From IMG/VR virus record IMGVR_UViG_3300027974_000039, positions 1 through 63,361 of that record: a stretch of DNA of 63,361 bases; one strand, written 5' to 3'. The notes beneath the pieces were generated by a model. The model did no database searches. It saw only the letters and a program-made list of their open reading frames with translations, and was not told the origin of the DNA. The position numbers were made by a program, and so were the translations under genes. The stretch is from a virus. Its lineage: Duplodnaviria > Caudoviricetes. Each line of letters opens with the position of its first letter. Position 1 is the first letter of the stretch. Shown piece by piece: positions 38,740 through 49,314 of this stretch.

Positions 38740-39453
38740 ATGGCAGTACAAAACGTAGGTAATGCTAAGAATATTCTAGTTGGTGCTTCACCACTATTTA
38801 TTTCAAACTTAGACGTTACAGCAGCAAAGTACAAAGCTTCTGAGCCAGGTGCCACCGATGGTGTCGCATATGTTTCAGGAACATCTTATACAACAACTTT
38901 AAATGCAATTGATCCAAAATTAAAGTCAGGCGTACCAACACCAACTTTAGACTTTGCATACCGTAACGTAGGTTACACAAACAATGGTCTTCAGGTTACA
39001 TACAATCCATCATACGGTTCAGTAACAGTAGATCAGCTTCTTGATACAGCAAAGCTTTTCAAGGAGTCAATGGAAGTTATGATTGCAACAGAAATGGCAG
39101 AAGGTACTCTTGAGAACGTTCTAGCAGTATTTGGACAATCATCATCAACATTAGTAGAAGCAGGAACAGGCTTAACAGCAACCGATACACTTGGTCTTGC
39201 TGGTGGTGCACTAGGAGAAGCTCCAACAGAGCGTCAACTTATTGCAGTAGGTCAAGGTCCAACAGCTGATGCAACAAGAACTGAGCGTGTATATTATGCA
39301 CGTCGTGTTCTTTCTGTACAACAGTCACAGTTCTCTTTGGCTCGTAACGCAGCATCAACATTCCCAGTAACATTCCGTTTGCTTCCATCTGGTGACTCAG
39401 CTCACGCAGGCAAGGAATATGGTTTTATTGTAGACCGTGTTCTAGTAGCATAA
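38740..39453 (+). CDS. Major tail (tube) protein
   Basis: NILVGA, VGYT.NGL...Y.P......VDQL, FPVTFRLLP; AGGAGG SD; followed by a terminator. Confidence 0.88.
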   Translation: MAVQNVGNAKNILVGASPLFISNLDVTAAKYKASEPGATDGVAYVSGTSYTTTLNAIDPKLKSGVPTPTLDFAYRNVGYTNNGLQVTYNPSYGSVTVDQLLDTAKLFKESMEVMIATEMAEGTLENVLAVFGQSSSTLVEAGTGLTATDTLGLAGGALGEAPTERQLIAVGQGPTADATRTERVYYARRVLSVQQSQFSLARNAASTFPVTFRLLPSGDSAHAGKEYGFIVDRVLVA

Positions 39454-39472
39454 TTAATATAAATTAATTAGT

Positions 39473-39502
39473 AAAACCCCCCTAAGAAATTAGGGGGGTT
39501 TT
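39473..39502 (+). terminator. Intrinsic terminator
   Basis: AAAACCCCCCTAA-GAAA-TTAGGGGGGTTTT. Confidence 0.85.
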
Positions 39503-39565
39503 ATCATTGTATTGGTAATTCTGATATGATACAATAATTAAGACGAGATCCTAGGAGGATTTAAA

Positions 39566-39898
39566 TTGGCAACAACAGTATATGATGTAGAAGAAATTCA
39601 ACTACAAAATGGCGCAACCGTAAAGTTAAAGCCTTTAACAATTAAAGAGCTTAGAAAGTTTATGGCAGCTATTGCAAAGACAGCAGAAGTAACTACAGAA
39701 GATGAGACGCTAACCATCCTAATCGATGCTTGTGCAGTAGCATTAGAAAAACAGCTTCCAGAATTAGTGGCCGACAGAGATGCATTTGAGGACGTATTAG
39801 ATGTACCAACAATTAATCGCATCCTTGAAGTTTGTGGTGGTATTAAGATGGACGATCCAAATTTGCTAGCAGCAGCGGTTCTAGCTGGTCAGAACTAG
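39566..39898 (+). CDS. Tail assembly chaperone (G)
   Basis: Between tail tube and tape measure; AGGAGG SD with TTG start. Confidence 0.8.
   Translation: MATTVYDVEEIQLQNGATVKLKPLTIKELRKFMAAIAKTAEVTTEDETLTILIDACAVALEKQLPELVADRDAFEDVLDVPTINRILEVCGGIKMDDPNLLAAAVLAGQN
39859..39865 (+). other. Programmed -1 frameshift slippery heptamer
   Basis: A AAT TTG (X XXY YYZ) in the G frame; the -1 frame is open from 39847 to 40224. Confidence 0.75.
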
Positions 39899-40224
39899 AT
39901 CTAGCTGCATTAGAAGGAGAAGTATTCTTAATAGGAAACTATAAGAATTACGAAGAATTAGAAGACAGTCTTTCAATGCCAGAGTTAATTCAAACCTTCT
40001 CAGCAATGCAAAAGACTGAATCAGAAAAAAGAAAGTTTCTGGCATCCATACAAGGCATAGAGCTTGACAGTGGAGAACAAGAAGAAAACAAGAGTTTTGA
40101 AGATGTAAAAAGAAAAGCTCTTGGAATAACTGCAGATGCATCTGATATTGTTTCACTACAAGGTCAGTTTGCTTCAGAAGCAGGGTTCGGTATCGGGGCA
40201 GGACTCGGATACCAAAAGGAGTAG
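39865..40224 (+). CDS. Tail assembly chaperone frameshift extension (T part of G-T)
   Basis: -1 frame reads ASSSGSSWSELDLAALEGEVFLIGNYKNYEELEDSLSMPEL... and continues into ORF 39976..40224. Confidence 0.75.
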   Translation, partial: ASSSGSSWSELDLAALEGEVFLIGNYKNYEELEDSLSMPELIQTFSAMQKTESEKRKFLASIQGIELDSGEQEENKSFEDVKRKALGITADASDIVSLQGQFASEAGFGIGAGLGYQKE

Positions 40225-40228
40225 GTAG

Positions 40229-43200
40229 TTGGCAGATCAAAATATAGTTACCAACATAACTGCGACGGCTAATTTTAGTAGCCTAACAGCGCAGTTACAA
40301 GCGGTGACCTCTCAACTTCTAAAACTTCAAGCTACAACAATTGGTTTAAATAAAAATTTAACTAGCCAAGTTGGAGTAATGAATCGTCAGTTTGACGAAA
40401 CCATGCGCTCCACTGGCCAGTTTGCCAGACACTTTGTAACACTAACTTCAGACGTATCTAAGTTCGGACAGAACCTAGATAGCGGAAGAATGAAGCTAGG
40501 TCAATATTTTCAAACATGGCAAGGACACACAAGAAAAACTAGCACATTAGTTAAAGAGCTAGCTAAACAGCAGGTAATGCTTGAGAATGCAATTATCCAA
40601 CCACTAGGTAAAAATGCTCAAGGATTAATGCAATATAACGTAATGGTTCAATCTGGACTAGATGCAACAAAGAATAAATCTGCACTATTAAGACAAGAAC
40701 TATCTATCATGAATAAGGTCATGAATGATGGGGCGGGCCAATTAATTAACTGGGGTAAAAATACACAGTGGGCTGGTAGACAGCTTACAGTAGGACTTAC
40801 TGTACCATTAGCAGCATTTGGTATGGCTGCAGCAAAAGCATTTAGACAAGCAGACGAAGAGCTTGTTAGACTTACAAAGGTTTACGGCGGGTTAACAGCA
40901 ACATCATCATCAGATTTATTAAAAGTAAGAAAAGATGTAGCTGCTTTATCTAGAGAATTAGCATCTGGCTTAGGTGCAAACTTTACAGAGACTATTGGAT
41001 TAGCAGCTGACATTGCTGCAACTGGAAAAGAAGGAAATGCACTTCTAGAATCAACTAGACAAGCAACAAGACTTTCAGTTCTTGGTGAAGTTGATAGGCA
41101 AGAGGCAATGAAAGCAACACTATCAATTCAGACAGCTTTTGGACAAAACACAGATCAGTTAGCACAATCAATTGACTTCCTTAACGCAGTTGAAAACCAG
41201 ACATCAACGAGCCTTGCAGATTTAGTAGAAGCAATTCCTAAAGCTGGACCAGTTGTAAAAGCATTAGGTGGAGACGTACAAGATTTAGCACTTTATTTAA
41301 CAGCAATGCGAGAAGGCGGAATCAATGCTTCAGAAGGAGCAAATGCATTAAAATCTGCATTAGCATCTATCATTAATCCAACTAAGGTTGCAAAGGGTAT
41401 GTTCATGGATCTTGGTATAGATCTTGGCGGTATAGTTGAAAAAAATGCTGGAAACTTAACTGGAACAATAATGGCATTAAAAGATTCACTAGATACATTA
41501 CAACCACTAGAAAGAGCAAGAGCAATTGAGCAGCTATTTGGTAAATTCCAATTTGCAAGAATTAATGCATTATTTGAGAATCTTGGGAAACAAGGAAGCC
41601 AGACACTAAAAGTATTAGATTTGATGAAAGCTAGCACATCAGATTTAGCTAGTATATCTGATCGAGAATTAAAAACAATGACTGAATCTGCCTCTGGTAA
41701 ATATAAGAGAGCACTTGAATCTGTAAAAGCAGACCTAGCAGTAATTGGAGAACAATTCTTAAAGGTTGGAACATTTGTATTAAATGCAATTGATGGAATT
41801 GTTAAATTTATTGGGCACCTTCCAGGACCAATTAAAGCAGTACTAGGATTTATTGGAAGCCTTACAGCAATTGCTGGACCTATTATTATGTTAACTGGTG
41901 TGCTTGCTAACTTCTTTGGATATATTATTAAGGGTATTTTTGCTTTAAAGAATATTGGTAAAGGTGGAACAGGATTTAAACTTTTAACTCCAGAATTGAT
42001 GGCAGCAGCAGAAGCTGGCAAAAGTGTAGAGCAATCATTCTATAGCGATACAAAGGCAGCAGCCACATTCTCTGATGCAGTATTAACATTAGCAGCTTCA
42101 TTTGAAAAACTAAAGCAAAGCGCAATGTCTTCCACTATTGCAACTAATAATAGTATGTCTACAGTTGCTGGTAGCCCAGTTATGCGTGGCGGAGGAAGAA
42201 TTGTAGATAAAGAAAACCCTCTTGTTGGAAGACCTTATTCAAGAGATATGTCTCATGTTATTCCAACTGGATCAAAGACTGCAGAACAAAGAGCAAATGA
42301 AACAATATTTTCTACTGTTCCTGGCCCTAAGCCAGTAAACTTAAGACTTTCAAATTCACCACAAACATACATGAGTGAAGATCTTCCAAGAATTCCTGGA
42401 GTAACTTCAGTCAATGGAGTATCTAACGGTATAGTTGCAGCGGAAGCAGCAAAATGGCATTCTATGACAGCAGCACTTGCTATGCAATCAAAGGCAGAAA
42501 TAGCATTACTTAAAACTGAAGTAGCAGCAACTGGAACAGTAACTGCCTCACTAGCAGATTCCTATCAAGCATTACTTCCACAAATGACAAAAATAACTAC
42601 TTTAGCTGCAGAAGAAACAGCACTAATAGTTAATCAATTACAAGCTGGCAAGATTACAGTAGAAGCAGCAAGGGCAAAGATATTTGCATTGAATGCACAA
42701 GTAGAAGCTATGATGGCTCAAACTGCACAAGGAGTTGCTACAGCTCAAGCAAGAAGCATTAGTTTAACTACAGTTCCATTAACTAGCCAGCCAGTTGTTA
42801 GCGCAGCTGGTAAATCAAATATGAAAGAGCTTTTTCATAAATCAGAAACTTCTAAATTAGTAGATTCAATAGCACGTGGCCTTGGCGTTAGAACTTCTGG
42901 AGCTGGATATAGCATTCAAACAACAAAGCCTAGATTTAATACTGGTGGAAAGATTGAAAACTTTGGTCAAAACAAAACTCGGGTAAGCGGTCCTGCATCT
43001 GTAACATACGATGATCGAATGGGCAGCGTTCCAGTAGGTGGATATGTATTAAACCAAGCAGCATCTATGGATCCAGCAAATGCTCAATTAGTAGCAGCAG
43101 CTCCATCAACTCATAAAAATAGTGGTGGTAATATAACTGCACTCCTTACACCAAAAGAAACAGTATTTGGTCCAGGCATTCAAGATAATCCAGAACTTTT

Positions 43201-46200
43201 TGCCGCAGTAGATGCAGCAAATAATGGAAGGCCAGTTGCAGGACATATGGGTGGCGGAAGAATTAGTCTTTCAAAATCTAATTACGGAGTAATGGGCCCA
43301 GCAGTAATGGGTAAAATTTTAGCACAGCTATTTAAGCGCAATCCAAAACTTTCAAGAGAGATGCTACTAGGAAGAGACATGTCTTTGTCTGGCGCAGAAG
43401 CTAGAGCATATCAAGAAAGTGTATTTGGTTCTGCAGTTAGATCATCATCTAAAGAATTAAGTAGACAATATTATTATGTAGGAAATTGGGGCGGAAGGCT
43501 AAGATCAAGTGTTAATACAGCTCTTTCCCATGGTGCTGCTAAAAAAGCTGATGTTGTAAGCGATTTAATGCATGGATCATCACAACAAGCACTTCCTTCA
43601 CTTACAAGATTTTTGCAAGTAAATAAAATATCTGCAGATAAAATACAATTGTTAACTGATCGTGCTAGAGCAAATATAGTTTCTGGTTTATCTGGAACTG
43701 GTAAAATTGGAGAAGCAGAGTGGTCAAGACTTCAACACAAAGAGTATCTTGCTATAGCAAAAGAACTTCGATTAAGAAAAGAATACTTAGAAAGTTTAAA
43801 TGTTCCAGGACAAAGAAGAGCTCATTCAACTGATCCAGCTGCAAGAGGAATTCAAGCAGAAACTGCTTTAAATCCATATGGCAAAACAGATTTAGAAAAA
43901 CTTATTGCCGCAAATGATGCAAATGGAACAAGATACATGGGGTCATACCGTAATTATGGAATAGAAAAAATTAATGGAGAACCAACAGCGCTAGCGCATA
44001 TGATGCCTAAATTCAATTATGGTGGCAAAATAAGACCAGGAAAGTCTAATTACGGAAAGCCTATGTTCCTTGGAATGCCTAGAAGAATTAAGGATATAGA
44101 GCAACAAAGACAATCTAGACTTCACATGGAAGAAATTAGTGCTGGTCTTAAGAACAGCAGATTTGCAGATGTGCCACCAACAGATTTTGGTAAATTAATA
44201 ACACCTACTTCTGGAAGAAGTTTCCCAGTTCCAGGTATTGGTGGATTATATGAAAAACCAGATGGCACTAGAGTATTTGTTAAGCCAGTAATGGATGAGA
44301 CAGCAGCGTTAGCCGAACAACGTGCAACAATCATTGCAAGAAATGCACATGGATTACATTCACCAATGCAATCAATTAGGACCATGATAGACCCAACTGA
44401 TCCAGCTGGTAAAAGAAAACTTCTTGTTTTAGAGTCCCCATACGATAAAGCATTTGCACAATCTTCTGGAGAATTTAGCAGGAAAGATTATTTTAAACAA
44501 TTAGTAGCCGCTAATTTAAGAGGAGATAAAGATTTAGGGGCAGGCAATCTATATGGTGGGACACTTGCAGATGTAGGAACTGCTGGCGTATTTAAGATGG
44601 CTTCTGGCAAGAGAACATATGAAACAAATATGCCTTCAATGTCAGATCAAGCACGTATTAATTTGCTTGGAGTAAAAGGTGGAGCCAAGAAGTTCTTTGC
44701 AGAATCTACTTTAAATATACCAAAGGGAATGACACCTAAGCAATATCATGAAACAATGATTGCTGAGATAGACACTGTTCTTCCAGCTTTAAAGAAAACA
44801 ATATCAGAATTTAAATTAAATGCAGAAGAATTAGCTATATATAATGCAATGATTAAAAGACTTGAAGATGGCAGAAATGTTAATTGGCAAGAATTTCATG
44901 GCATCCATTCTGCAGTAAAACCTGCAGCGGCTAAAGCGCTTACCCCTGCAGCGTTAAAGAAATTAAAAGACGAAGTAGATTTAAGAATAAGACAAAAAGG
45001 ACATGCAATATCTTTAAGCGATAATTCATTTAAAACGCCTCTTAATGGATTTAATGGAGGCGGAGGAATTGGTAATGTCTTAAAGGGATTAGCTATGAGA
45101 AGAATTGGTGCAGGCTTTGGGCCAACAGGTGCACCTAAACCTAGTACATATGAATCAGCTCCATGGGGAGTTAACTCACTATCTATTGAAATGGCAAATA
45201 CATTATTTGCAAATTCTGGATTAAGAAAGCATACACAAAAACTTCTTTACGATAAGTTTGCTGCTGCCTTGGCAAAAGAAAAACCTTATGGATACGTTAA
45301 AGATGCACAAGGTTCTTTAAAGAATGCACTTGAGCCAGCATCACTAGATGCAGTAATTAGACAAGCTGCTAGCGATTTAGTTGGCGATAGAAATCTATTA
45401 AGACAACTATCTCCAATAGATAAAGACATTCTTAGAAACAAATATTTAAATTGGGATTCAAGAAAAGATACCCCAATGACTGCAGAGCTAAAGAAAAAGA
45501 TATTTGGCATTGATGGTAAAAGAGAAATGGGTGGACCAGTATCTCCAGGACAAAATTATGTTGTTGGAGAAAAAGGCCCAGAAATATTCAGTCCTTCACA
45601 AAGCGGAAATATTATTCCAGGATATGAAGTTGGCGGAGTTATTAGATATGGTAAAGATTCATATGGAGTAAGTGGTAATCCAGCAAAACGTGCAGCAGAA
45701 GCAGCAGCTAAAGCAGAACGTATTGCAGCTTCTCAAGCTGCAGCAACTGCAAACCCAGAATATAAAGAAGGACCGCTTTCTGTAGGTAAAACTACAATAG
45801 TTGGAAATGGCGGAGTAAGAACAAATGCTTATGGCCTGCAGGGGTCTTTCCCGTATGCTCCAGGATTAAAGCTTCCATTAAGAGGATTTAATGCAGCAAT
45901 AGATTCAGCTATATTATCAATTTCAAGTAATTTAAAGGCAGCATCAAATAGATTAATTACTAGCACAAGAATGATTGGCGATCAGATAAACTCATCTTTA
46001 AGAACATTATCTGATGGAGCAAAAAGATTTGGAACATCAATTACAGCATCAACTAAAACACTTGTTTCTTCATATAAGCATGGTGGATCTGAAATATTAA
46101 AATATGGTGCCCCTGGAGCGTTTGTTGGAACTAGAGAAGATCGTAACGCTAGAATGCTTGGTTCATTTAAAGCTAATGCTGCATATTCAACTGCAGCAAT

Positions 46201-48865
46201 AATGCATCCACTTCAATATTTAAAGCAAAAGGGTGTATTGGGAATGGATCCTAATAAGCCAGCTCTTGGAACTGGTGCCCTGGGCAGTACTGTTGGAATG
46301 ATGGGTGGAATGGCAGCTGGAACTGCAATCGGTGCAAAATTTGGAGGACAACAAGGCGCAATGATGGGAAGCATGGCTGGAATGATGGCTGGTCCAGCTT
46401 TAATGTCAGGTGCTGGTAAAGCAGTTTCAATGATGGCAGCCAGATCAGTTACCATGGGAGTTGCATCAGCTGGACTTGGAGCAACAGCAGCTGGAATTGC
46501 AGGCTTAGTAGCACCACTTGCTGCAGTAACAGCTGCAGTTTATGTTGGATACAAAGCGTGGAAACATTATAAAGAAGGACAAACTCTTAATATATCTACA
46601 TTTGGTCTTACTGCAGAAGCAGCTAAAAAAGCTAATTTAAGATTTACAGACTTTGGTTCAAAAATAAAAGATACTATTCAGGATTCAAAAGATTTGGCTG
46701 CTGCAAATAAACTTGTATATGAAAGCATGAAAGATGGCGGAACTCCATTTCAGATGACAATTGCAGAATATAAAAAACTAAAGGTTGAAGTAAAAGAAAC
46801 ATTTGGCGAGCAGATTAAAGCATTAGATAGACAACCGTCTACTAAAGTTCCAGATGCAGTCCGAAGAATTAAAGAACAGTTAATAGCAGCTGGAATGTCT
46901 GCTGAAGAAGCAACTAAAAAAGTATATACAATGCTTCAGCTTTCAAATAAAAAAGATCAATCAATTACTGCAACAATGGGTAACGCAGACTTTAAAGCAA
47001 TTACAGATCCTCAAAGCGCTGCAGTTTCTGCAGTCACAAGTTTTGGTAAAGACACAAAAGATCAAGGAAATAAAGAAAAAGCTGCATCATTAAATACAGC
47101 TCTCATGGCAACTGAAACTGGAATTAACGATTTAATTGCAAAGAGAGAAAGACTTGTAGCAAAAGATTTGACTGGAAAGACTAAGTCATTAACATATGCA
47201 GAAGCCGAAAAACAAATGATAGATCAGATAAATAAATCTAAAGAAGCTGGCACAGTAATTACTCAGGGCACAATTGATGAAATGGCAAAAACAAATCCAG
47301 AAGTTAAAAAAATGATTAATGGATCTGATACAGTTGTAAGCGTATGGCAAAAAATTAGATTGCAGGCGCAAGGATTTACTGGTGATCTTTCTAAATTAAA
47401 TTCATCTCAAACAAAACTAATTGCTGATTCTTTTGCTGCTATAGCAACATCTGTTGTAGCAACTAATTCAAGTAAAGATGGACTTCTTTCAAAACAATAC
47501 AGTGCGCTTGGAAAATTAGAAGACAAGATTAAATCTTATACTAAAGCATTAAAGGGTCAAACAGTTTCTCAGCAGATATCTGATAGGGATAAACTGTCTG
47601 CACTTAATAAGCAAATTGAGGCAAATAATAAACTTGCTGAGGCCAGAAAGAAAGCACTTACTGCCGCACAAGCAGATGCTGATCTTGGCAGAGAAATTGA
47701 AAAGACTAGACTTGCAATGCAAAATGCTTCAGCTACTGGAGATACAGTACAAGCACAATCATTGAGAATTGATTTAGAATCATTAACATCTCAGCAACAA
47801 ACAGAGTCTCAAACAAAAGCTATTGATAAAGCAACTGAAGCTGCTAATAAGCCGCTACAGGATGCTATTAAGGCTATGAATGATAAGCAGCAAGGTCTTG
47901 CAGACAGTGCAGCATTAGCTGGAGAAAGTTTAGACAAGGTCCGCACTAAATATGATGAGCAAAAAGCAGCTATAGATAAAGTAAATAATTCAATGACTGC
48001 ACTTTATGGAAATGCAGCAGCAGCTGGTAAATCAATAGAAGAATATGTTAAGACAAATAAAGAAGCTGCAGCAGGATTAGTAGCAGCAACAGAAGCAGCT
48101 ACTGGTACAAAGATGGAAAGATATACTGAAACAAAAGCTTATGAGGGTGGACAACTAGTAACTAAAAAAGTTCCAGTTTCACCACAAGCAAATGCACTAT
48201 CAATACTAGCAAAAGCAGGAGCGGGATCTGCTGTTAATGACGCACTTGCAAACAGCATTAAGGGTGGAGCAACACTTAAAGATGTTGTAAATGCAGTAAA
48301 GGGTGGCGTTGCAGGAATAAAAAGAAAAGATATTGCAGTATCTGGAGATTACTCTAAAGCAATGGAAGAAAAAGAATTTAATGGAGTTAAGACAAAAGTT
48401 TTAAATGCACAAGCTAGAAGATCAATTGCACAATCACAAGACTTACAAATAGGAGAAACTTTTATTTGGAATGGTCAAAGATATGGGAAAAGCCAAAAAG
48501 ATGGCAACATTGTTTTTATGGGTAAAGCTGCAACTGGAGTACAAGGCGGAGCGGCAGGAATGTACCTTGTTGGAGAAAAAGGACCAGAATTTGTTCACTT
48601 AAAGAGTCGTGCTAATATTATGCCAAACGATGTTATGAATACATTAGCTGCAGCATCTCCAAGATATAATTTTGATAAAGCTCAATATAATATGAAAGAC
48701 GGAACTACTTCAGGTAATTCATATGTTGTAAATCAAAATATTTACGCATCTGAAGGAATGGATGTTGAGGCATTATCAAATATGATTGTTAAAAAAGCAG
48801 AAATTGTTATTGGACAAAAGGCCAAAGTTAATGTTAAAATGGTTGGACAGGGGAAGAATATATAA
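40229..48865 (+). CDS. Tape measure protein with inserted cargo domains
   Basis: 2878 aa; TMP core (G..LT.GLT.PL, EGANALKS, ..LFGK), hydrophobic segments, coiled coils, two GEKGPE motifs; follows the chaperone genes. Confidence 0.93.
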   Translation: MADQNIVTNITATANFSSLTAQLQAVTSQLLKLQATTIGLNKNLTSQVGVMNRQFDETMRSTGQFARHFVTLTSDVSKFGQNLDSGRMKLGQYFQTWQGHTRKTSTLVKELAKQQVMLENAIIQPLGKNAQGLMQYNVMVQSGLDATKNKSALLRQELSIMNKVMNDGAGQLINWGKNTQWAGRQLTVGLTVPLAAFGMAAAKAFRQADEELVRLTKVYGGLTATSSSDLLKVRKDVAALSRELASGLGANFTETIGLAADIAATGKEGNALLESTRQATRLSVLGEVDRQEAMKATLSIQTAFGQNTDQLAQSIDFLNAVENQTSTSLADLVEAIPKAGPVVKALGGDVQDLALYLTAMREGGINASEGANALKSALASIINPTKVAKGMFMDLGIDLGGIVEKNAGNLTGTIMALKDSLDTLQPLERARAIEQLFGKFQFARINALFENLGKQGSQTLKVLDLMKASTSDLASISDRELKTMTESASGKYKRALESVKADLAVIGEQFLKVGTFVLNAIDGIVKFIGHLPGPIKAVLGFIGSLTAIAGPIIMLTGVLANFFGYIIKGIFALKNIGKGGTGFKLLTPELMAAAEAGKSVEQSFYSDTKAAATFSDAVLTLAASFEKLKQSAMSSTIATNNSMSTVAGSPVMRGGGRIVDKENPLVGRPYSRDMSHVIPTGSKTAEQRANETIFSTVPGPKPVNLRLSNSPQTYMSEDLPRIPGVTSVNGVSNGIVAAEAAKWHSMTAALAMQSKAEIALLKTEVAATGTVTASLADSYQALLPQMTKITTLAAEETALIVNQLQAGKITVEAARAKIFALNAQVEAMMAQTAQGVATAQARSISLTTVPLTSQPVVSAAGKSNMKELFHKSETSKLVDSIARGLGVRTSGAGYSIQTTKPRFNTGGKIENFGQNKTRVSGPASVTYDDRMGSVPVGGYVLNQAASMDPANAQLVAAAPSTHKNSGGNITALLTPKETVFGPGIQDNPELFAAVDAANNGRPVAGHMGGGRISLSKSNYGVMGPAVMGKILAQLFKRNPKLSREMLLGRDMSLSGAEARAYQESVFGSAVRSSSKELSRQYYYVGNWGGRLRSSVNTALSHGAAKKADVVSDLMHGSSQQALPSLTRFLQVNKISADKIQLLTDRARANIVSGLSGTGKIGEAEWSRLQHKEYLAIAKELRLRKEYLESLNVPGQRRAHSTDPAARGIQAETALNPYGKTDLEKLIAANDANGTRYMGSYRNYGIEKINGEPTALAHMMPKFNYGGKIRPGKSNYGKPMFLGMPRRIKDIEQQRQSRLHMEEISAGLKNSRFADVPPTDFGKLITPTSGRSFPVPGIGGLYEKPDGTRVFVKPVMDETAALAEQRATIIARNAHGLHSPMQSIRTMIDPTDPAGKRKLLVLESPYDKAFAQSSGEFSRKDYFKQLVAANLRGDKDLGAGNLYGGTLADVGTAGVFKMASGKRTYETNMPSMSDQARINLLGVKGGAKKFFAESTLNIPKGMTPKQYHETMIAEIDTVLPALKKTISEFKLNAEELAIYNAMIKRLEDGRNVNWQEFHGIHSAVKPAAAKALTPAALKKLKDEVDLRIRQKGHAISLSDNSFKTPLNGFNGGGGIGNVLKGLAMRRIGAGFGPTGAPKPSTYESAPWGVNSLSIEMANTLFANSGLRKHTQKLLYDKFAAALAKEKPYGYVKDAQGSLKNALEPASLDAVIRQAASDLVGDRNLLRQLSPIDKDILRNKYLNWDSRKDTPMTAELKKKIFGIDGKREMGGPVSPGQNYVVGEKGPEIFSPSQSGNIIPGYEVGGVIRYGKDSYGVSGNPAKRAAEAAAKAERIAASQAAATANPEYKEGPLSVGKTTIVGNGGVRTNAYGLQGSFPYAPGLKLPLRGFNAAIDSAILSISSNLKAASNRLITSTRMIGDQINSSLRTLSDGAKRFGTSITASTKTLVSSYKHGGSEILKYGAPGAFVGTREDRNARMLGSFKANAAYSTAAIMHPLQYLKQKGVLGMDPNKPALGTGALGSTVGMMGGMAAGTAIGAKFGGQQGAMMGSMAGMMAGPALMSGAGKAVSMMAARSVTMGVASAGLGATAAGIAGLVAPLAAVTAAVYVGYKAWKHYKEGQTLNISTFGLTAEAAKKANLRFTDFGSKIKDTIQDSKDLAAANKLVYESMKDGGTPFQMTIAEYKKLKVEVKETFGEQIKALDRQPSTKVPDAVRRIKEQLIAAGMSAEEATKKVYTMLQLSNKKDQSITATMGNADFKAITDPQSAAVSAVTSFGKDTKDQGNKEKAASLNTALMATETGINDLIAKRERLVAKDLTGKTKSLTYAEAEKQMIDQINKSKEAGTVITQGTIDEMAKTNPEVKKMINGSDTVVSVWQKIRLQAQGFTGDLSKLNSSQTKLIADSFAAIATSVVATNSSKDGLLSKQYSALGKLEDKIKSYTKALKGQTVSQQISDRDKLSALNKQIEANNKLAEARKKALTAAQADADLGREIEKTRLAMQNASATGDTVQAQSLRIDLESLTSQQQTESQTKAIDKATEAANKPLQDAIKAMNDKQQGLADSAALAGESLDKVRTKYDEQKAAIDKVNNSMTALYGNAAAAGKSIEEYVKTNKEAAAGLVAATEAATGTKMERYTETKAYEGGQLVTKKVPVSPQANALSILAKAGAGSAVNDALANSIKGGATLKDVVNAVKGGVAGIKRKDIAVSGDYSKAMEEKEFNGVKTKVLNAQARRSIAQSQDLQIGETFIWNGQRYGKSQKDGNIVFMGKAATGVQGGAAGMYLVGEKGPEFVHLKSRANIMPNDVMNTLAAASPRYNFDKAQYNMKDGTTSGNSYVVNQNIYASEGMDVEALSNMIVKKAEIVIGQKAKVNVKMVGQGKNI

Positions 48866-49314
48866 TGGCAGCTTTAGTTTTACCAGTAGGCTCAGCATTG
48901 TTTATACAAGATGCCGCTGGAACATGGCAAAAACTAACTGAACATAATAGATCTCCAATATCTGTAGATGTACAACGCTTTGAGCAGACCTCTAGAATGG
49001 CCAATGGAAGCCTTAGAAAGCTGTTTATAGCCGATAAGAAGAACGTCTCTACCTCCTGGAGCATGGTTCCTTCATACTCTACCATGACCGTAGATGGCGG
49101 CTGGGGAGCGGAAGATATAAAAACATTTTATTTAAGCGCTAAAGGCCAAGGAACATTTAATGCCAGAATAGCATATAACGCAGCAAGGACCGAAGATTTT
49201 GTAGCAAGCTTTACTTCATGCTCATTTAATTTAATTAAAAGAAATGTAAAGGAAAAAGTGGCGGATACAGCACAGGCATTTTGGGATGTAACTATTGCAC
49301 TGGAAGAAGTATAA
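48865..49314 (+). CDS. Distal tail-like protein
   Basis: RMANG.LRK, W.V.IALEEV; directly after the TMP. Confidence 0.7.
   Translation: MAALVLPVGSALFIQDAAGTWQKLTEHNRSPISVDVQRFEQTSRMANGSLRKLFIADKKNVSTSWSMVPSYSTMTVDGGWGAEDIKTFYLSAKGQGTFNARIAYNAARTEDFVASFTSCSFNLIKRNVKEKVADTAQAFWDVTIALEEV

Noticed and set aside
41293-42021. Long antisense ORFs (also 6503-7144, 55400-55864)
   Set aside because: They lie opposite well-supported genes and have no recognisable motifs
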